A stretch of DNA of 64,000 bases from Octopus vulgaris (lineage: Eukaryota). The position numbers and the translations under genes were made by a program. The notes below the pieces were generated by a model. That model was not told the origin of the DNA. It did not search any database and saw only the letters and a list, made by a program, of their open reading frames with translations. Shown here piece after piece: positions 25,736 through 38,184 of this stretch (positions are counted from its first letter, which is position 1; each line of letters opens with the position of its first letter). The DNA is taken from the NCBI GenBank assembly GCA_951406725.2, contig OX597814.1, forward strand, positions 185,814,001-185,878,000, given 5' to 3'.

Positions 25736-27281
25736 CTATGTGTGTGTGTGTGTGTGTTACCTTAAAAACCAAATATCTTTTATTTTCATCACCATCACTG
25801 CCACTTCATCTGTGTACTATGTCTTAACACTGCCACTACAGTACCAACTCCTGCTCTTACCATCACCACTACTGCATGTACCACTATAACCACCACTCCT
25901 TCATTTCATACATACACAACTAGCTCTACAACAGCCTCCAACTACAAAGCCAACATTTCAGAAGCTCTGCTATAAACTGATGACCATTCCTTGGTTTGCC
26001 ATTCTGTCCATTTAGTCCTGATGGTATCACTTTACCAAAGACACATAAATATCAATAACATCATTCAGTTTGAAATTATTGATTTGATTTGGAGATGCTT
26101 TAGCATGTGAGTGGTAGCTTTCTGTTCGGGTGATAGTGGTAGTGGTAGAGGTTGTGGTTGGAAGTGGTGGTGATTGTGTTGATGGTGGCAGTAGTGGTGA
26201 TGATGGTGGTAGTGTTTGCAATGATGGTGGTGGTGGTGGGTGATAATGGTGGTAGTGATGGTGATTGCAATGGTAGTAGAAGTGGCTATGGTGGTGGTGG
26301 TGGTGGTGGTGGTGGTGGTGGTGGTATGGTTGGTGGTCTATTTTTTTAATGAGCATATTTTAACAGAAGTTTGAAATTGTACATAGATTTATCAGTTAGA
26401 GAGATAGTCAGACAGATAGACCATTCCTCAGACACTCAGAGAGAGACGAACGCTTGCTGTGTATGTGTGAGTGTATCGGTGAATGCCCTCCCTAATGGTT
26501 TCAATCTTGCATACGACTCTCTCCTCACTTCAGTTGCTTTTTTTTTCTTTCTTCCAATTCTAAATTAGATCTTGTTAGATGTGAAATATTGAATAAATTC
26601 ATTTTTCTATAATTTCATTTTTCTCCAATTTCACATTGTTGAATAAGTTTTTTTTTTCTTTACATTTCTTTTTTTTACAATGAAACTACAGTCTTCTAAA
26701 AACAGTAAAGAAATCCATTAAATAACAATATGTAACAATTTCATTTTCTATTTTTTTCTTCAAGGAACAGTTTTTATTTGAGTTACTATTCTTGTTTTGG
26801 AATCATCATTCTTTTTCCCCAGTTTCCCATAATATTTCTGAAACACAATTCTTTTCCTTCAGCTTGCATCCAAACCTCAAGTGGCTATTTCTCTATTGAA
26901 GAATACCCAATGTACCCAGCGTATCTCAACTAAGAAATAAGGTGATGAGAAAGTAAAATGCTTCTTTTCCATCATGTCATAAAGCTAAGCTATAGACGCC
27001 AATAACAGACATTTGGTTTAATCTACAGATGTTCTTTCCTGATTTATCATAATATTTTAATTTTATATATACTCAGCAATGTCAGAAGCAGCAAGTGGCT
27101 GATTTTGGTCGCCTTAGAAACATTTTCGAATACATGTATGCAAAGACAAAACAAAAAAAGCCTTTGTGTGTTTCCTTCCGCCCAGCTTTTGTTGAAGTAA
27201 AATTCCTGTCAGTATTCCACCGAGGCCTTATGTACACAGATTCTGTTCGTTGTGTCTAATCTCCTTAAGGGACCAGCTTAC

Positions 27282-27359
27282 ATCACTGTACATTGTAGAT
27301 AAGTATCTAGGAAAGAAATAGACAGCGTCGCTCGGTCTGTCTGTTGATCGATACAACAT
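27282..27359 (-). CDS. Candidate 78-bp internal exon of an unidentified host gene
   Basis: Acceptor tttttgttgttgcag and donor GAT/gtaagc; length divisible by 3; two open frames (MLYRSTDRPSDAVYFFPRYLSTMYSD or xCCIDQQTDRATLSISFLDTYLQCTV). It lies in a repeat-free island, but I recognise no homology. Confidence 0.25.
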
Positions 27360-27504
27360 CTGCAACAACAAAAACAATTCTACATTCTGACAAGAAGAGT
27401 AATATTCTGAAAACAACGAAGTAATGAATTAAATAATAAAGAACAAAAATATGGACATTTTTTTTCCTTTTCTTTATATATACAAATATATATACTCTTA
27501 CTCT

Positions 27505-27720
27505 CTCTTTTACTCTTTTTCTTGTTTCAGTCATTTGACTGTGGCCATGCTGGAGCACCGCCTTTAGTCGAGCAAATCGACCCCGGGACTTATTCTTTGT
27601 AAGCCCAGTACTCATTCTATCGGTCTGTTTTGCCGAACCGCTAAGTTACGGGGACGTAAACACACCAGCATCAGTTGTCAAGCGATGTTGAGGGGGACAA
27701 ACACAGACACACAAACATAT

Positions 27721-27775
<55 letters not shown>

Positions 27776-27940
27776 TACGACGGGCTTCTTTCAGTTTCTG
27801 TAGACCAAATCCACTCACAAGGCTTTGATTGACCCGAAGCTATAGTACAAGACACTTGCCCAAGGTGCCACGCAGTAGGACTGAACCCGGAACCATGTGG
27901 TTCGTAAGCAAGCTACTTACCACACAGCCACCCTACGCCT
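27505..27940 (-). mobile_element. SINE family A
   Basis: Full-length minus copy. Confidence 0.9.
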
Positions 27941-28972
27941 ATATATATATATATATATATCAGTTTTAGGAGAACTACTCTGAAATAATTTATACTTTTC
28001 AATCAGTCTATATAATAACTTTGGAAATATAACATTCAATGTAGACATGAAAATTGTAAAATGTTGTAAGCTGGAACAAAAATATCAATATATTTAATTC
28101 AATGACTTTCATTTAATATAAAGTTGTTAGTGGTAAATTCCTAAATAAACTTTCCAGAAATTACATTTTCATATGAAAATAAAAATTAGACATCAAACTC
28201 TATTGATTTCGGTTTACAGTCAAAATTTTAGATACAGTCAATTTACAATTGAGTAATTTCTGTCACATGTATGGAGGAGCTGAAGTGCTATAATAATTCC
28301 AAGTACTATGTAATGCTTCTAACATGTTATGGCTTGTTGAAGCTCAAAATTGAAATTGCTTTATATATTTTTATATTTATTTATTTATTTATTTATTTCC
28401 ACTTTACAGTAATTCCGATTGTTCACAGCAATCCTGCAAGTGGTTTTGGTTTGCTTCAGTTGCTAAAATGGGGGGAAAAAAAAAGAAAAAAAATTCTAAA
28501 AATAACATGAAAAATACAAAAGAGAAACCAAATTTATCACCCAGTTATTTTTATTGCTGTTGTCGTTGTTGTTATTGATGATGACTACTTAAGCACAAGG
28601 CAAGCAATTTTAAAGGCATGGTAGTTAGTTAGTCAATACTAATGACCCTGGTACTTGACTGGTACTCTATTTTGAAGCTTTGCTGTTTGACTTTGAAAGA
28701 TGAAAGCAAAATATTGTAAATTGTGATGAAATACTAGACAGAAGGAAAAAACGTATGCTTGAATAAAATGATTGTGATATTATCAGTAATGAAGATAGAA
28801 GGTGGCAATGTTAGTAGTGAGAACAGTAGGAGAAGGTTAGAAATAGGAATAATTACAATTCTTTTAGAGCCAGATTAAACTTTAAGCAAAATAAGCACGT
28901 GCTTAGGGCACCAAGAGAAGGAGGAACCACAGAAATGGTAAGTGGTTTATGGTACAAAAGAAATCACTTTAA

Positions 28973-29768
28973 CCCTTTAGAATTTAAACTGGCCATATCC
29001 AGCCAAAGTACTTTAGATGTTTTATATTCAAACCAACGATACCTGGCTTCTCACATCAACCCAACCCAATGTCATTCTATTGGGTTGTCTGGAAAGTTCA
29101 TGCCAATTTATAGTAGCTTACCTTTCAACTTATTTTAGAACATAGTTGAGTCCATAAAATAGGATTTGACTATACCTCCATTTAGAGCACAATTTAAGCT
29201 ATCTTTTCGTGGAAGAAGGTTTATTTTCCTATAACCTGTGTTAATTCTGTAACCCTTTAAAATGGAAGATAAGAAATTTCATTTTCGGCACTTCGTGCTT
29301 TGGGAACCAGACAAAAATTGCTGCAGCTCGGTTGGGATGTGTTACCCCACCCTCCATATTCACCAGATATTGCTCCTTCAGATTTCCACTTATTCAGGAC
29401 TCTGCAGAGTAGTCTTAATGGTAAAAATTTCAATTCCTTGGATGATATAAAAAGATACCTTGATGAATTCTTTGCCATGAAACCACCTCAATTCTGGGAA
29501 GAGGGTATTTTCTTGATAAAGGAAAGATTGAGACACATTGTGCAACAAAATAGTTCATCTGTTTGGTTGCTTAAAAATGTAATGGCAAGTATTTATTGGC
29601 ATTTTTCTTTCCTTTAAAAATCGGCACGAACTTTCTGGACAACCCAATAGAAATAAACAACCATATCATAAAAATCTCAAAATTGCGAGAGAATACATAA
29701 CTTATTGAAATCAATGTGAATAAATAAGCATTACATTTGATAATAGAGTAATCTGAATGTTGAAGAGT
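28973..29768 (+). mobile_element. piggyBac-like MITE (TTAA-ccctttag end), interrupted by a mariner MITE
   Basis: ttaa|ccctttag start and degenerate end gttgaagag|tta; homologues at 33960-34691 and 51030-51621. Confidence 0.6.
29080..29647 (+). mobile_element. Mariner internal-deletion derivative (MITE), type 1
   Basis: About 30-bp TIRs ttgggttgtctggaaagttc..gcc.attt with TA TSDs; MEDKKFHFRH is joined to LGWDVLPHPPYSPDIAPSDFHLF (mariner YSPDLAP-D motif). Confidence 0.92.
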
Positions 29769-30182
29769 TACACATGCTAAAATAAAGATTATTGAGTGTG
29801 CCTTTGCAAACATAAGATCATGGAATTGCACCTAGAAAGTTACCCGCTGAGGCACAAGTCCAGGCAAGGTTGTTTATAGAAGACAGCAGTTGCTCTTGTA
29901 TACCAGCTTCCCTTCTCCACACCACCGATGTTATCTAAGGGAAAAGCAAAGACCTTTACAGTTTGGCACTAATGATATCGCAACTCTTTTCTACAGCTAA
30001 GTGAACTGGAACAACATGAAATAAAGTGTCTTGCTCAAGAGCACAACATACAGCCCAGTCCAAGAATCGAACTCACTACCTCACAATTGTGAGCCCAATA
30101 CTCTAACTACTGCCTTTCATACATCTTTAACATCAATTGTCACAAATTGCTCAGCTGAGTATTCATTTTCTCAGTTGAAGTA

Positions 30183-31206
30183 TTGGGTTGTCTGGAAAGT
30201 TTGTGCCAATTTATATATAGTAGCTTACCTTTTGACTTATTTTAGAACATGGTTGAGTCCATAGAATAGGATTTCACTACACCTCCATTTAGAGTACAGT
30301 TTAAGCTATCTTTTCGTGGAAGAAGGTTTATGTGCCTGTAATCTGTGTTAATTCTGTAACCCTTTAAAATGGAAGATAAGAAAGTTCATTTTCGGCACTT
30401 GATGCTTTTCTTTTTCCGTAAAGGGAAAAATGCCTCACAAGCAACCAAAGAAATATGCGCAGTTTACGGTGATGTTTCTTTATCCAAAAGAATTGTACAG
30501 AAGTGGTTCACAAGGTTCTGAGCTGGAGATTGTAGACTTATTGATAAAGAGCGATCAGGCAGACCATCCACTACAGATGATGACCAAATCAAGTCATTCA
30601 TCATCATCATCATCATTTAGCGTCCACTTTCCATGCTAGCATGGGTTGGGCGGTTCAACTGGGGTCTGTGAAGCCAGAAGGCTGCATCAGGCCCAGTCTG
30701 ATCTGGCAGTGTTTCTACAGCTGGATGCCCTTCCTAACGCCAACCACTCCGTGAGTGTAGTGGGTGCTTTTTATGTGCCACCCGCACAGGTGCCAGACGG
30801 ACCTGGCAAACGGCCACGGACAGATGGTGCTTTTTACGTGCCACCGGCACGGGGGCCAGGCAAGGCTGGCAACGGCCACGATCGGATGGTGCTTTTTACA
30901 TGTCACCGGCACGAGGGCCAGGCGAGGCTGGCAACAGCCACAAACGAATGGTGCTACGTGCCACCAGCACAGGGGCCAGGCGAGGATGGCAACGGCCACA
31001 AACGGATGGTGCTTTTTACATGCCACCGGCACTTTTATGTCATTAATTGAGAATAACCGACATTGCACAACCCAAGAATTGGCAGAAAGCCTCAACCTAT
31101 CAAAATCCGTTGTTCATGAGCACCTGGTAAAGCTTGGGTAATGGCAAGTATTTATTGACCTTTTTCTTTCCTTTAAAAATCGGCACAAACTTTCCGGACA
31201 ACCCAA
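30183..31206 (+). mobile_element. Mariner deletion derivative, type 2 (N-terminal HTH retained) with RTE 3'UTR insertion 30599-31038
   Basis: Same TIRs and TA TSDs; KGKNASQATKEICAVYG..VQKWF.RF..ERSGRP..DQIKS|LIENNRHCTTQELAESLNLSKSVVHEHL. The insert is flanked by gtcatt (30593-30598, 31039-31044). Confidence 0.9.
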
Positions 31207-31319
31207 TATATTAAAAATCCCATTAGAACAACTAAGCAATGAGACAGGCCTTACCTCTACTAAATATAGAAACTGATGTGTTATATAAGATTAATTTTGA
31301 GGATCTGATCAAAGACTTT

Positions 31320-31715
31320 GCAGGAGTGACTGTGTGGTAAGTAGTTTGCTTACCAACCACATGGTTCTGGGTTCAGTCCCACTGTGTGGCACCTTGGACA
31401 AGTGTCTTCTACTATAGCCTCGGGCTGATCAAAACCTTGTGAATGGATTTGGTAGACAGAAACTGAAAGAAGCCCATCATATATATGTGTGTGTGTGTGT
31501 GTATGTTTGTGTGTCTGTGTTTGTCACCCCCCCCCCGAACATCGTTTGATAACCAATGTTGGTGTGTTTACGTCCCCGTAAATTAGCGGTTCGGCAAAAG
31601 AGGCCGATAGAATAAGTACTAGGCTTACAAAGAATAATTCCTGGGGTCGATTTGCTTGACTAAAGGCCGTGCTCCAGCATGGCAGCAGTCAAATGACTGA
31701 AACAAATAAAAGAAT
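31320..31715 (+). mobile_element. SINE family A inserted in the hAT remnant
   Basis: Consensus match. Confidence 0.9.
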
Positions 31716-32279
31716 TAAAATAAGTAGGACAAAACTTTTCAAATGTAAATTAAGTGGAAGTATACAAAAATAAACACTATTTTCCATCTCACCGAAAGTT
31801 TTTGTTCCATTTTCAAAAATGAAAATTTATATTATGGTTTATTATTATTTATATTTTGAATTATGTATATATATATATATATGGGGGCACCAAAATCTTT
31901 TAAGTACTTAGGGCCACTATGGGTCTTAATCCTGCCCTGCATAGGAAGGATAATGCTGATGATTTTTGGAGGCCTTCTTAGACTGATGAAGTTGGATTAG
32001 TTGATATTCAGAGATGATACATGGGTAAACAGCAATAACGGTGTTGTATAACATAGAAGATCAAATCTGTAATATATTTGGCTCTACAGACATAAAGTTG
32101 TCCAATTTATTTCATGCAGCAATGAACTTCTGCTCAGCAAACATTCTTCTATGCTTGGAATGAGGACCAAATGTTTTAAGACTTCAATCATCAGACAGAT
32201 TACCCCCAAAATAAAGGAGGAAAGGAAATGACCACACTTGAAATGCCACTCATTCAGTTCAGTACAATATATCAGATAT

Positions 32280-32660
32280 TCTTTTATTCTTTTATTCTTT
32301 TACTTGTTTCAGTCATTTGACTGCGGCCATGCTGGAGCACCGCCTTTAGTCGAGCAAATCGACCCCGGGACTTATTCTTTGTAAGCCTAGTACTTATTCT
32401 ATCGGTCTCTTTTGCCGAACCACTAAGTTACGGAGACGTAAACATACCAGCATCGGTTGTCAAGCGATGTTGGGGAGACAAACACAGACACACACATATA
32501 CATATATACGACAGGCTTCTTTCAGTTTCCATCTACCAAATCCACTCACAAGGCTTTGGTCGGCCCGAGGCTATAGTAGAAGACACTTGCCCATGGTGCC
32601 ACGCAGTGGGACTGAACCCAATACCATGTGGTTGGTAAACAAGCTACTTACCACACAGCC
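32280..32660 (-). mobile_element. SINE family A
   Basis: Consensus match. Confidence 0.9.
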
Positions 32661-33159
32661 AAACATCTATCCACATTGATCAATGACTCATTTAACACTG
32701 ATTTGTTATGACATAGTGGACTTGATTGTGAACCATGTTACTCTTATTACAAATTATTCTGTGATAATGTATGTCGGCAATCAGTGAAAGATTCTGCTCG
32801 AACAGCAAAAGCTCTTACCAGTAACCATCTAACAATACTCAGAACAACTAGAAGTCTCAGAACAAAACCTCTTTTTCCCATATTCACTGTTATTCACTTA
32901 CCACTGATTTATCTGCAGTGATGTTTTTTGAGTTTTTTTTTGTTTTTTTTTTAATGTAACATCCATGATAAACGAGTCCATGTCTTGTGGATGATTTCAA
33001 ACCCATTCAATAGGCTGCTTCTAGGTTATAAGTCTTCTTATTTAGGATTTACCATTCCTACTCAACTGCATTAAGAAACATGGTCATATACACTTATCAC
33101 TGTTACTATTACCAATTTGTCAATGTAATCATTATAACCACTACAATTCACAACACCAT

Positions 33160-33472
33160 CACAGCTATCACTATCACCACCACAACCACCACCACCACCA
33201 CCATCACCACTACCACCACCATCACCACCACCACTATCACCACCACCACCACCACCACCACCACCACCACCACCACCACCACCACCACCACCACCACCAC
33301 CACCACCCACCACCACCACCATCAACACCACCACCATCACCACCACCATCACCATCATCACCACCACCATCACCACATCACCACCACCACCACCACCACC
33401 CACCACCACCACCATCACCACCATCACCACCACCATCATCACCACCACCATCACCACCACCACCACCACCAC
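33160..33472. repeat. (CAC/CAT)n trinucleotide array
   Basis: Directly visible. Confidence 0.95.
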
Positions 33473-33959
33473 CCCTCTTCGTCTATTCCATCAACCATTG
33501 TCATCAATGCTACACTATCCAATTCTTCTTATTGCCATGCATTTATTATCAGAATAAATTTTCTGCTCAATTAGATTCCTGTTAAAATATTGTCTTATTT
33601 CAAAGAACAAGTTTCTTTTCTTCTAAATTTAGATAAAAAGCAAATATCCTTCATTTTAACAAAATATTTGAAAAGCTATAAGCATGTAGAATCATGACAT
33701 ATTTTTCGTGGATGTAGTATTTTTTTTTTTGCCATTGTTATTTAGTTTTGTTTTTTTTATGTTTTTTTTCTTTCTTGGAACAACTCTCGATAAATTCTGC
33801 ATCTAATAAATTATGAAACAGTTGCTATATCACCATTGTAGGTAATTCTCAGAAAGATATTGTGCACATACATTTATAAATAATGTAGACACCCACCTGT
33901 GATCATCCAGTTAATTTATTGTGGACATTCATGCAAAACTGTTTTAGACATTCAGCTTT

Positions 33960-34397
33960 AGCCTTTTAGCATTCAAACTGGCCATATACGGCCAAAATAT
34001 TCTACCCATTTTATGTCCAAACTGGCCAGATCTGGCTTTTCACACCAACCCCACAATATCATTCTAAAATTTAAAAGTTACCTCACCAAAAAAAAAATGT
34101 TATAGGTGCCCCACCATGGCCGCGGCCTTCGGGCTAAAACATTTTTAAGGATTTAAGGATACAAAATAATGCATGATTAATTCAAGACAATGTGAATAAA
34201 TAAGCATTACTTTTGAAGGAATAATGTGAATAGGCATAGGAGTGGCTGTGTGGTAAGTAGCTTGCTAACGGACCACATGGTTCCAGGTTCAGTCCCACTG
34301 TGTGGCACCTTGGGCAAGTGTCTTCTACTATAGCATCTGGCCGACCAAAGCCTTTTGAGTGGATTTGGTACACGGACACTGAAAGAATCCCGTCGTA

Positions 34398-34449
<52 letters not shown>

Positions 34450-34691
34450 TGTGTGTGTATATGTTTGTGTGTCTGTGTTTGTCCCCCCAACATCGCTTGA
34501 CAACCGATGCTGGTGTGTTTACATTCCTGTAACTTAGCGGTTCGGCAAAAGAGACTGATAGAATAAGCACTAGGCTTACAAAGAATAAGTCCTGGGTTTG
34601 ATTTGGTCGACTAAAGGCGGTGCTCCAGCATGGCTACAGTCAAATGACTGAAACAATTAAAAGAGTGAAAGAGTAAATGCTAAAGAGTTAA
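33960..34691 (+). mobile_element. piggyBac-like MITE with nested SINE A (34232-34675)
   Basis: Homologous to 28973-29768; ends aatgctaaagag|ttaa. Confidence 0.65.
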
Positions 34692-35001
34692 AATATTGTG
34701 GACATCCATTAAAAACAGTTTGCAGAAAATATTCTCTTGGAAAAAGGTTTAGATGGATGGGCTTAAGTTCCAGCACATAGATTGACACACCATGAATAAT
34801 ACAGGGCTTTTAGACCCGTGTAAACATGAATGCACATACATATACATACATGTATATATACATACATAGAAAAGCAGATATTAAAATGATAATGATGAAA
34901 ATGATGATGACAATGTATGTATATATGTATGTATATATATATATATATACAAGTGCGTGCACACACACACACACACACACATATACATATATATATAGAG
35001 A

Positions 35002-35520
35002 GGGAGTGATGGCACATGGCTTAGAGGTTAAGCGCATTCAGTTCACAATTGTAAGGTCATGAGTTTGATTCCTGGTGGTGCGGTGCAGTGTGTCCTCGAG
35101 CAAGACACTTCATTTTACTTGCTCTAGTCCATTCATTTGGCAAAAATGAGTTGTACCTGTATTCCAAAGGGCCAGCCTTGTCACACTCTGTGTCATGCTG
35201 AATTTCCCTGAGAACTATGTTAAGGGCACTAGCGTAGCTAGGTGGGGCGGGGGGAGATAGGGGTGGTCTGCCATGGGAAACACTTTTAAAGGGGCAGCAC
35301 TTTTGGGTCTGCAGTAGACAATATGTGTTTTTTTTTTTTGTGGAGTCCAGGGGTGGCAAATGGAAGGGCCACCCCAGGTGGCACACACTCTAGCTACACT
35401 TGTGGATAAGGGTACATGTGTTTGTGGAGTACTCAGTTAATTACATGTAAACTTCATGAGCAGGCTGTTCCATTGATTGGATCAACTGGAATTCTCGTCA
35501 TCATAAACAACAGTGTCAGT
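35002..35520 (+). mobile_element. tRNA-derived CORE-like SINE (family C) split by a hAT MITE
   Basis: Head ggcacatggcttagaggttaagc..gagtttgattcc, then gtgtcctcgagcaagacacttcatttt. Confidence 0.65.
35227..35404. mobile_element. 178-bp hAT MITE
   Basis: 15-bp TIRs cactagcgtagctag / ctagctacacttgtg (13/15); 8-bp TSD gttaaggg / gataaggg (7/8). Confidence 0.8.
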
Positions 35521-35584
35521 TTATATATATCTGTATATTTAAAAGGCAGGATGTGTGTGTATGTGTACGTGAATGTAATTTATG

Positions 35585-35610
35585 CACATCTATCTACCCA
35601 TCTATCTATC

Positions 35611-35690
<80 letters not shown>

Positions 35691-35846
35691 CATCCAGCCA
35701 TCTTATCTATCTATCTATCTTCCTAAATATTTATCCATTCGTCCGTCCGTCCGTCCATCCATCCATCCAGTTATCTATCTATCTATCAATCTATCTATCT
35801 ACCTAATTATTTATCCGTTTGTCCGTCCGTCCAGTCATCCATCAAG

Positions 35847-35919
<73 letters not shown>

Positions 35920-35978
35920 AATCTATCCATCCAGCCATCTTATCTATCTATCAATCTATCTATCTATCTATCTATCTA

Positions 35979-36012
<34 letters not shown>

Positions 36013-36125
36013 AATCTATCCATCCAGCCATCTTATCTATCTATCAATCTATCTATCTATCAACCTAAATATTTATCCATCCGTCCATCCGTCCATCCAT
36101 CCATCCAGCTATCTATCTATCTATC

Positions 36126-36187
<62 letters not shown>
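35585..36187. repeat. Compound (TATC)n array with higher-order duplications
   Basis: Recurring ccatccagccatcttatc landmark. Confidence 0.9.
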
Positions 36188-36188
<1 letters not shown>

Positions 36189-36428
36189 TTTTCTTCTTTT
36201 TTCATGTCTCTTTTCTTTTGTTCATTTTCCTTTTCTTCCTTTTTTTATTTTTTATTTTATTTTTTTTTGTTCTTTTCTTCCCTTTTACGATCCCTCTTTA
36301 TCGAAAACCTACGCCACCCCTTTTTTTTTGTTTCTTTTGTTTTTTGTTTTTTTCATCCCCCAAAAGAAAAGCTCTACCTTGTAACTTGTCCCATCTGTGT
36401 GCAGCCCTGTGTGGCCAATAAAGAAACT
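36188..36428 (+). mobile_element. Candidate L1/Tx1-like LINE 3'UTR embedded in (TATC)n
   Basis: T-rich UTR ending ccttgtaacttgtcccatctgtgtgcagccctgtgtggccAATAAAgaaac, followed by (TATC)n. Confidence 0.45.
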
Positions 36429-36909
36429 TATCTATCTATCTATCTATCCAGCCATCTTATCTATCTATATAACAGCTATAGTTCAGAATTCCTGAATTGA
36501 CTGCTATCATTACTGAAGCAATTGCTACACACACAGAAGTTTCTGCTTCCCATGCTCTTCTTTTTCTCCTTCTTCTTCTCACAACAACTGTTGTTATTGT
36601 TGTTATTGTTATTGCTGTCCACCTCCACCCCACCCCACCCTACCGTTTCCATTTCTCTTTCATTGTCATCTTTCCTATTTACTTTGTCAACATAACATTG
36701 TCATACTCTTAACCTTTGTTTGCTTCACTGATTTTTTTTTTTTTTTCCTTTGACCTCCTTTGTACTCTTTAACAGGTATCTTTTCTTCTCGTTTTCTTCT
36801 TTTCCAAGCTTTATTTAAATTCCATTTTGAACTTTATCATAATTCATTCATTTCAATAGTGTGGGTTTTTGTTTTCCTTTTTCCCAACTTCACAATAATT
36901 ATACCAACA

Positions 36910-36933
36910 CACACACAAATATATATATGTGTA

Positions 36934-36974
<41 letters not shown>

Positions 36975-37021
36975 GAGAGAGAGAGAGAGAGATAAATACA
37001 TATATATATATATATATGTAT

Positions 37022-37066
<45 letters not shown>

Positions 37067-37346
37067 CACACCACACACACACATACGCACATATATTTGA
37101 TATATGTGAGTATATGTATATGTGTGGGTGCATATATGTACATATGTATGCACGTATATGTATGTACATGTGTATATGTGTATATATATATATCTATGTA
37201 TATACATATATATATAATTGATATATGTATGTATATGTGTATATATGTATTTATATATGTATATATGTATATACACATATATATTTAATACATGAATGTG
37301 TATATGTGTAGATGCATGCATGTATATATGTATGCATATATATGTA

Positions 37347-37399
<53 letters not shown>

Positions 37400-37621
37400 G
37401 TATCTATGTATATACACATATATATTTGATATATGTATATATGTGTAGGTGTGTGCATGTATATATGTATGCATATATATATATGTATATGTGTATATAT
37501 GTATTTATGTATATACACATATATATTTGATATATGAATGTGTATATGTGTCGGTGTGTGCATGTATATATGTATATATATATATATGTATGTATATGTA
37601 CATGTATGTGTGTGGGGGGGG

Positions 37622-37712
<91 letters not shown>

Positions 37713-37735
37713 ATGTGTGTGTGTTTGTATGTATG
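36910..37735. repeat. Compound (TA)n/(TATG)n/(TG)n array with higher-order repeats
   Basis: Directly visible. Confidence 0.95.
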
Positions 37736-38083
37736 TTCAATTTTTATTTTCTGGAGCTATGGCTCTTGTGCTGTTATTTCTGACACAAATTTCAATTCTC
37801 TCATAGACAAAATTCCGGTCCTTTCAATAAACAGATATTTCATAGTTTCCAACATTGTTTTTCTTTACTTTTATTTTTGTTTGTTTCTTTCGGGGTTTTT
37901 TTTTTTCATTATTTCTTTTCTTTTTTTTGTTGTTGTTTTGTTTATGTTTGCATTTATTCTATTTCTTTCATTTATACATCATGACAAAGAAATAATCTCC
38001 TATAGCAATGCAACTTATATTGGGTCTAATCAAAAAAAAAAAAAAAATTTCTGAAAGACTATCATTATACAGTGATTTCTTTT

Positions 38084-38132
<49 letters not shown>

Positions 38133-38142
38133 TAACAATAAC

Positions 38143-38184
<42 letters not shown>

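Larger units (their letters stand above)
28865..31939 (+). mobile_element. hAT element remnant hosting multiple nested insertions
   Basis: Imperfect TIRs tagagccagattaa / ttaatcctgccctg. The hAT dimerisation motif IVTNCSAEYSFSQLKY|IKNPIRTT..LLNIETDVLYKINFEDLIKDFA is split by the mariner at 30183. No TSD recognised. Confidence 0.65.

Noticed and set aside
26863-26941. Plus-strand exon after strong acceptor cttttccttcag
   Set aside because: No convincing donor, stops in all three frames, and no recognisable protein.
31983-31992. Isolated CTGATGA motifs (also 61339 and the minus strand near 6880)
   Set aside because: No appropriately placed GAAA box or pairing stems.
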